Of a stretch of DNA of 64,000 nt, positions 56,765 to 64,000 are shown piece after piece. Position numbers and translations under genes: made by a program. Each line of letters begins with the position of its first letter. The first letter of the stretch is position 1. The notes beneath the pieces are model-generated. The model did not search any database. It was not told where the DNA came from and worked only from the letters and a program-made list of their open reading frames with translations. This stretch comes from Eledone cirrhosa. Its lineage: Eukaryota. Location of the stretch: positions 208,320,001 through 208,384,000 of the forward strand of contig OZ024741.1 of assembly GCA_964016885.1 (NCBI GenBank), read 5' to 3'.

Positions 56765-56936
56765 TCCTGTGTCAGTGTTGAACAAAAAGGTGACGTGGTT
56801 GCCTTAACACCGTATGGCATAAATTCAGGCTGTTCGCTTTGTTGACAAACAAACGAACAAAGCGGCCGGCGTTATAATAAACGTCGGCTAAACTGATGCG
56901 TGCATATATGTATGTGTACCTGTATGCATATGTGTA

Positions 56937-57008
<72 letters not shown>

Positions 57009-57243
57009 TGCTACTGTACGTCTGTATACATATATGTATGTACGTATACATACATACTTACATTTAAGTAAGTGCCATACTAAGAGTGAGAAATGAAATT
57101 TCGTTTTCATTTTTTTCATCTTATCGTTTTCGGTATGCCTGACCGATTTAACTCACTCAATATGCAAATTAGGCTGCTCAGCCGTTAATTTTCATAAGGA
57201 AAGTATATACTTTCGAACGTTCAACTATCTGGCAGATGGGTAA

Positions 57244-57286
57244 ACGGTGCTGATGATAGCTAACAAGCTTGAAACTAGTACATCGT
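57244..57286 (+). ncRNA. minimal type-I hammerhead ribozyme (unit 3)
   Basis: Identical to 56216-56258. Confidence 0.88.
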
Positions 57287-57458
57287 TCCTGTGTCAGTGT
57301 TGAACAAAAAGGTGACGTGGTTGCCTTAACACCGTATGGCATAAATTCAGGCTGTTCGCTTTGTTGACAAACAAACGAACAAAGCGGCCGGCGTTATAAT
57401 AAACGTCGGCTAAACTGATGCGTGCATATATGTATGTGTACCTGTATGCATATGTGTA

Positions 57459-57528
<70 letters not shown>

Positions 57529-57763
57529 TGCTACTGTACGTCTGTATACATATATGTATGTACGTATACATACATACTTACATTTAAGTAAGTGCCATAC
57601 TAAGAGTGAGAAATGAAATTTCGTTTTCATTTTTTTCAACTTATCGTTTTCGGTATGCCTGACCGATTTAACTCACTCAATATGCAAATTAGGCTGCTCA
57701 GCCGTTAATTTTCATAAGGAAAGTATATACTTTCGAACGTTCAACTATCTGGCAGATGGGTAA

Positions 57764-57806
57764 ACGGTGCTGATGATAGCTAACAAGCTTGAAACTAGTA
57801 CATCGT
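57764..57806 (+). ncRNA. minimal type-I hammerhead ribozyme (unit 4)
   Basis: Identical to 56216-56258. Confidence 0.88.
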
Positions 57807-57978
57807 TCCTGTGTCAGTGTTGAACAAAAAGGTGACGTGGTTGCCTTAACACCGTATGGCATAAATTCAGGCTGTTCGCTTTGTTGACAAACAAACGAAC
57901 AAAGCGGCCGGCGTTATAATAAACGTCGGCTAAACTGATGCGTGCATATATGTATGTGTACCTGTATGCATATGTGTA

Positions 57979-58028
<50 letters not shown>

Positions 58029-58086
58029 TGCATGCTACTGTACGTCTGTATACATATATGTATGTGTACCTGTATGCATATGTGTA

Positions 58087-58136
<50 letters not shown>

Positions 58137-58930
58137 TGCATGCTACTGTACGTCTGTATACATATATGTATGTACGTATACATACATACTTACATTTTAT
58201 TAGATTTATAACCACTAAATAATTCTGGCTAAATATATATTTCAACGTATATACTTATTTTCTCAAAATAGTCTCATACTAACGAATAAATAAACAAAAC
58301 TGGAGGTTTTTCCGTATCTTCCCATTTTAAAATATATAAATATAAATATATAAATATTCTTATTAACTCAGTTAACTTAATTTAATTTAACTTAATATTT
58401 ACTTCCATTAAATACAAAACCATTATCCCTCATCACTCATTAAAACAATTATCTATAACACGATATACCCATCTATTCATTTATTTATCTATTTATCCAT
58501 TTATTTATTTATTTATTTATTTATTTTTCTATCTATTCTTCTATCTATTTATTCTTCTATCTATTTATTTTTCTATCTACTTATAACAGTAAATATTATA
58601 TTAGAAAAGGATTTTAACAACTAATTAATCGTAAATACACGTACCATTAGATATATATTTAGAATATATTCCCCCAAATTAACGTTATATGAGTTTTATT
58701 CATACTATTGTTAATTTCTTCTCTCTATCACTCTCGTAATATTTATTTTTTCTCTCTCTTTCTTCAGTGCCATTTAAATAAACGGTTGTTTTTCAATTAT
58801 TTACATATTCATTTGCATATTCACACATAAGTTTGAATAATCCCTAATATATTTCCACTATCCAGTGAATTTCCAACCGATAACGTATGATTTTCATGGG
58901 TATGTTTCTATTTATAAAACAAAATTTGTA

Positions 58931-58991
58931 TTTTATCTGATGAAAGCGTACCAATGTTGTCTTCGTTGCCCTTGAAATGTATATAATAAAA
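58931..58991 (+). ncRNA. type-I hammerhead ribozyme of a Naiad pLTR (inverse copy 53021-53081)
   Basis: ttttat CTGATGA aagcgtacc...gttgccctt GAAA tgtata TA ataaaa. Confidence 0.75.
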
Positions 58992-59032
58992 TAAATATGG
59001 TTTTATAAATATAGTTTCCATTTATTTAATAT

Positions 59033-59081
<49 letters not shown>

Positions 59082-59083
<2 letters not shown>

Positions 59084-62000
59084 AAGGTTACACAAGGTTC
59101 AATGAATAAATTAAAGAATGAGTTTTACAATAGATTGGAAGCACTCAACAGATTGGTTTTCCGGAGTTATGAATATTAATTCAAAATATTAACAAAAATA
59201 GACATTCGTATGATCAAGTATATTTTATTATATATAACTGACTAATATCGTCTTGAACTTTAGACAATATGCTCTTTGTATATATATTAAGACAAATGCA
59301 TATATCTAATTTAATAATACCCCTTTTTTAAGTTTAATTATAAGGCCTTTAGATACTTTAAGGCATTTTAATTGTTAATTTTAAATTTTTAAAGTTATAA
59401 ATGTAATTATTTTCTAAATTATATAATGTGATTTATTTCAATATAACATTTTTTAAAAAATATAATATAAGATTTCTTGGTCGAAGTTGTGTAATAGTCG
59501 AATCTACTTGAATTCGTCAATATCACCTAACTACAATTTCTGTTCCATAGAGACCCTATTACTAATTATGAAAATTTAATTAACAAAAAAAGTGAATTAT
59601 TCTCAAATTGCCTTCATAAAGCTTCCTCTACATTCCAAGCCTCGCAAAAAGTCAGGAAAAAACACTAAATAAATAGGTTCTAATTTTTTGACGTCTCTTA
59701 TCAACTGTGTGCGTAAAACGTTATATCAGATTATAAAACCTTATATTTTTTTAATTTTTATTCTTTTAAGATAAGATTAATCTTAGATTAATGGGTTCTA
59801 TATAGGTATATAAACATATAGATTGTTAACATGATCTCTTGATGAATATGCATAGCATTTGATTGTGTAGATATAGTTAATTTGATTTTGATTGAGATTC
59901 TTGTATATATTTTTTTTAATATATAGCTTATATGGTTAACGGTTCTAATGCACCGTAAATCATTCATGCATTTATATATTGGTGTATTTATTCTTTTGGA
60001 GTATGTTAGTTTTACGATTCAGGATGTTTGATTTATATATTTATATTTATGTATATATATTTATGGTATATGCGTCGCACACGATCCTAGTCGACAAACC
60101 TTTTCCACTTAACTTGATGTAAAACTTCAATTATAACTTTACTAACAATGACTGTATTCGAGAGAAGCGAGATGAGGTGGTTGGTTTAAGTAAACAAACG
60201 ATGCAGAAACACATGCACACACACACAGTAGCATTCCACCATACGAACATACTACACTGCCAATACAGAGGAACAAGGTAACAACACACTCACACACACA
60301 CTCAAGCGAGACAACAACACACGCACACACACACAGTAACATTTACCAAACAGGCAGAGAATACTATGGACTGACAGCTAGCGCCACCCAACTCCCACAA
60401 TTGAAAGAACTATTTCGGCAGCCGACCTCTGCTTGACCGACCCCATTTCACGCGCACGCGCGCTCTGCTGAATACCTCAGATATTCAAAACAACGAACAG
60501 CGGAGGACACGTTTCGCACCTTTCCGACAGACAACTTCCCTCCCCTCGGAAAAAACCCCAGTTGATGGATATGAATCCGAAATATATAGGGACAATTAAA
60601 GCTCTCCCAAGGTAACTCTATCTCGTGTTGTTATTTTTATTTTTATCCTTTACGCTCTTTCCTACATTCTTCTACACGCTACAGTCTTCTACACGCCATG
60701 CATCTCAACGTACACCCACCTACATCTCTCTCTCCACCACCGGATCTTGTTACCCGGAGATTTACCCATCTGCATTGTCGAGGCTTCCAAACGACTTAAA
60801 GAAATTTACCTTATTATTCCACAATGCTTCAAGCAAACTTCAATACTCTCTTATTGTATTTATTATTTATTATATGTATATGGATCACTAATATCGTCTT
60901 GAGTTCCGAACGGAATACTCTATGTATATTTGGACAAATGTGTATATCTAGTATAATAACATGCTTCTAGCTACATTTATAAATACTTTAGATACTTAAG
61001 GACATTCTAGTGTTATAATTGTTAAATATTTTCTAAATTATATAACGATTATTATTTTTTAATTTAATTAAATTCGGATTACCTTCGGGTCAATGAAAAT
61101 CTTAACTTTTCTCTTTCTCATGTTTGCAGACACTTTAAATATGATATTATATATAGATCCTTAAAAAAAAAATGGTCTTGTATTTTTAAATCATATAGCT
61201 TAGATATTTGGCACTTTTAGATCGCAAACAATTTACTTTTTTACTTTGAATATGGTTCTTATCCTTATGATTCATGAAGTTTGATTTGTATATTTATAGT
61301 ATATATGTATTACATGATCCTAATATGATAACCTTAATTTTTAACAATATTAACAGTAACTTATTTATTATATTATATTATATTATATTATGTTATGTAT
61401 AACTGACTAATATCGTCTTGAACTTTAGACAATATGCTCTTTGTATATATATTTAGACAAATGCATATATCTAATTTAATAATACCCCTTTTTTTAAGTT
61501 TAATTATAAGACCTTTAGATACTTTAAGGCATTCTAATTGTTAATTTTAAATTGTTAAAGTTATAACTGTAATTATTTTCTAAATTATATAATGTGAATT
61601 ATTTCAATATAAAAAAGAAAATGTTAATATAATTGTTTCTACTTTTGGCACAAGGCCAGCAATTAACCAGTACATTACTGGTACTTTATTAAAAAAAATT
61701 TTAATATAATATATGATAATATAATTTAATATGGATTACCTTCGTGAGGATGAAAATATTAAGTATTCCTTCTCATGTTTGCAAATACTTTAAATATGAT
61801 TTTATAAATTAAATATGATAGTATACTTTAATATTAATATAGATATTTATAAACTTTTATAGCCTGAAATATTATACATTTTGATTAATTCATTATTCTA
61901 AACTAACATAAATGATTTGAAATTTAACGGTCAGCCGGATACGTTTGGATATATATAGTGTATATAATTAATTGTTAGTATAATTCTAATTAACTAAGGA

Positions 62001-62668
62001 CTCGAAATTAAACCCTCATATAATTACACCCAGATATATTTAATATTTAGATTGATGGATACTTCTAGATAATTCAATAATTCAAAGATTTGAGTTTACT
62101 CTTTCACAAAGCTATGCCTAAATGTATATTCATGTGTTTGTATAGATATATATAATTTTTGCATTGTCCAATCACACCCTATTCATCCACGACAATACAA
62201 ACCTCCATCCCTATGCTTTCTACTATAAAAATTATTACTCCTTGTCTCTCTATCCTTGATCAATTCTCTTTTGCTTTCTATACTTCTAGTAACTATATTT
62301 TCTCCTCATCTGTTTCTCTCTGTCTTTCTTCTTTCTTCTTTCTTCAATAATTTAAATTATTTGAATCTCTAACAGTTATGTAAATTGCTATTATGTACTT
62401 TTAAGCTTTCTCACATGCACCCTCTGTATTATATGTAAATTTGTTCATGTCTCAATCTTAAGGTATATAAATATTGAGTTTTGTCATATCTTGTTCACTA
62501 CCATGACTGAATCTTAACCATCTACTATGTCAGGGTATGTCATGCATCATCTTATTTTATCTGATAAGGACGTACTGTTGAAGTTAGCTCAGTACCTCTG
62601 AAATTTGTATAATAAAATATACTTGATCACACGAATGTCTATTTTTGTTAATATTTTGAATTAATTAA
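59082..62668 (+). mobile_element. ORF-less ~3.5-kb PLE-type insertion with inverted termini and internal duplications
   Basis: 59172-59231 is the inverse of 62609-62668; 59232-59445 matches 61398-61612 and, more loosely, 60887-61045; decayed HHR 62555-62617 (core CTGATAA); SINE fragment 61630-61690. Confidence 0.6.
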
Positions 62669-62672
62669 TATA

Positions 62673-62708
<36 letters not shown>

Positions 62709-62719
62709 TAATTTAATAT

Positions 62720-63068
62720 ATCTACTAACATAAGCGCACAGATGTACGCTAATGCCAGCAAATACACAGGTTATGTCATAGTACCTAGGTGGTTCAATGC
62801 AGGAGGATGCAGAACAATAATATAAAAGACGTAAAATAAGAAAATAAAAAAAAAAAATTTTTAAGAATTAACTTACTTAAATTTTCACTGTCCGCGCATT
62901 GCCTGGAGACTTGGCTGAGAATAGACCTCCCTGATGACGCAATGAAATTCTCAACAGTTCATTACGTAACTGTCTTTATCCCATTGCAGAAACTAATTAG
63001 TTGGAGTGAAAATTTAAGTAAGTAAGTTAATTCTTTAAAATTTTTTTTTTTTATTTTCTTATTCTAAG

Positions 63069-63077
<9 letters not shown>
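62720..63077 (+). mobile_element. small fold-back pLTR insertion with HHR
   Basis: 62821-62889 is the inverse of 63005-63077; HHR 62927-63006 ctcc CTGATGA c-gcaatg...cattgc-a GAAAC taatta GTT ggag. Confidence 0.75.
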
Positions 63078-63120
<43 letters not shown>

Positions 63121-63127
<7 letters not shown>

Positions 63128-63837
63128 CAAATAAAAACAAATAACGAAACGAAATTAAATTTCGTTTCGTTTGTAACTCACTTTTGTATGACTGACGACC
63201 AGTATGACTCTAAAAACCGGTTTGTCTGTGTGTTTACATACAGAATAGCTGAACACTCACAGTAAAGTGTCCAGTGAAAAACTCGGTACATCTACATATG
63301 TACACGTGTGTGTATTCATATGCATACTAGTATTTCAGTATACATATGTGGATGTACATTTTTAACTTAATTGTTTAAGCGTCAGTCATACAAAAGTGAG
63401 TTACAAACGAAACGAAATTTAATTTCGTTTCGTTATTTGTTTTTATCGTCTCCGCTGAACCGGTACGTAGTCACGCTCTATGCAAATTAGTCTGCCCACT
63501 ACTAATTTTCATAGAAAAAGCATATAACGATATGTGCTTTTACGATTCTCTAGAAAGGCTGGAGGATAGGTAAATATTGCTGATGAGATGTAACAACATC
63601 GAAACTAGTCCAATATTCCTGTCTGGCTTTCTGGAGAATAGAGGAAAGGTGTTTCCTCGAAAACCAGTATGACTCTAAAAACCGGTTTGTCTGTGTGTTT
63701 ACATACAGAATAGCTGAACACTCACAGTAAAGTGTCCAGTGAAAAACTCGGTACATCTACATATGTACACGTGTGTGTATTCATATGCATACTAGTATTT
63801 CAGTATACATATGTGGATGTACATTTTTAACTTAATT

Positions 63838-63841
<4 letters not shown>
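63121..63841 (+). mobile_element. retrozyme-like element (465-bp unit, ~1.4 copies, ~67-bp inverted arm)
   Basis: 63198-63376 matches 63663-63841; 63131-63197 is the inverse of 63380-63446; octamer at 63480; inside (TA)n. Confidence 0.88.
63573..63617 (+). ncRNA. minimal type-I hammerhead ribozyme
   Basis: aatattg CTGATGA gatgt-aaca-acatc GAAAC ta GTC caatatt; fully canonical. Confidence 0.92.
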
Positions 63842-63926
<85 letters not shown>

Positions 63927-63954
63927 TATATATATATATATTAATTAAATTACA

Positions 63955-64000
63955 ATCTGAGTTCAAATCACGCCGAGGTTGACTTTGCCTTTCATCCTTA
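63955..64000 (+). mobile_element. tRNA/Nin SINE fragment running off the window
   Basis: tctgagttcaaatcacgccgaggttgactttgcctttcatcctta. Confidence 0.8.

Larger units (their letters stand above)
55787..58194 (+). mobile_element. tandem retrozyme-like array, family A (~4.5 units of 506-522 bp plus ~95-bp inverted arm), 12-bp TSD
   Basis: Near-identical units with marker ttatcgtttt at 56093, 56599, 57121, 57641; TTTTATTAGATT at 55775-55786 and 58195-58206. Confidence 0.92.
52882..59036. mobile_element. Naiad PLE inverted insertion; right arm interrupted by the retrozyme array
   Basis: 52975-54191 is the reverse complement of 55384-55786 plus 58207-59036; HHRs 53021-53081 (-) and 58931-58991 (+). 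Confidence 0.9.

Noticed and set aside
55787-58194. CRISPR-like or snRNA/5S gene array
   Set aside because: Units are ~510 bp with no unique spacers and no recognisable snRNA or rRNA sequence; the HHR and TSD explain them better.

Overview
AT-rich, microsatellite-laden animal genomic DNA. An octopus or other cephalopod is likely, inferred from the tRNA/Nin-domain SINE and the (TA)n/(CA)n load. I could not support any host gene. The window is a hotspot of Penelope-like retroelements (PLEs): about seven Naiad-type copies (N-terminus 'SxKNIP', RT, CxC..CPL..C, GIY-YIG) and one Neptune-type copy. All are decayed or truncated, several are head-to-head inverted insertions, and nearly all end at (TA)n tracts. 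It also holds a 5'-truncated R4/Dong-like LINE, a dimer of an RTE-derived non-autonomous element, SINEs and Tc1/mariner/pogo relics. By eye I found about 25-30 type-I hammerhead ribozyme (HHR) motifs, many with palindromic minimal stem III and variant cores (U3-A8 covariation, U4C, U4A, G5U). The most notable system is a set of non-coding retrozyme-like elements with 420-520 bp units, at about 4.7, 21.2, 52.2, 55.8-58.2 and 63.1 kb. All but the 21.2 kb one share an octamer (ATGCAAAT), a palindromic TATA-centred hairpin and an HHR at similar spacing; the 21.2 kb element lacks the octamer. One of them is a ~4.5-mer array that appears to have inserted in a single event: it has a 12-bp TSD and the empty site is visible in the sister arm. 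All alignments and folds were done by eye, so coordinates may be off by a few bases.
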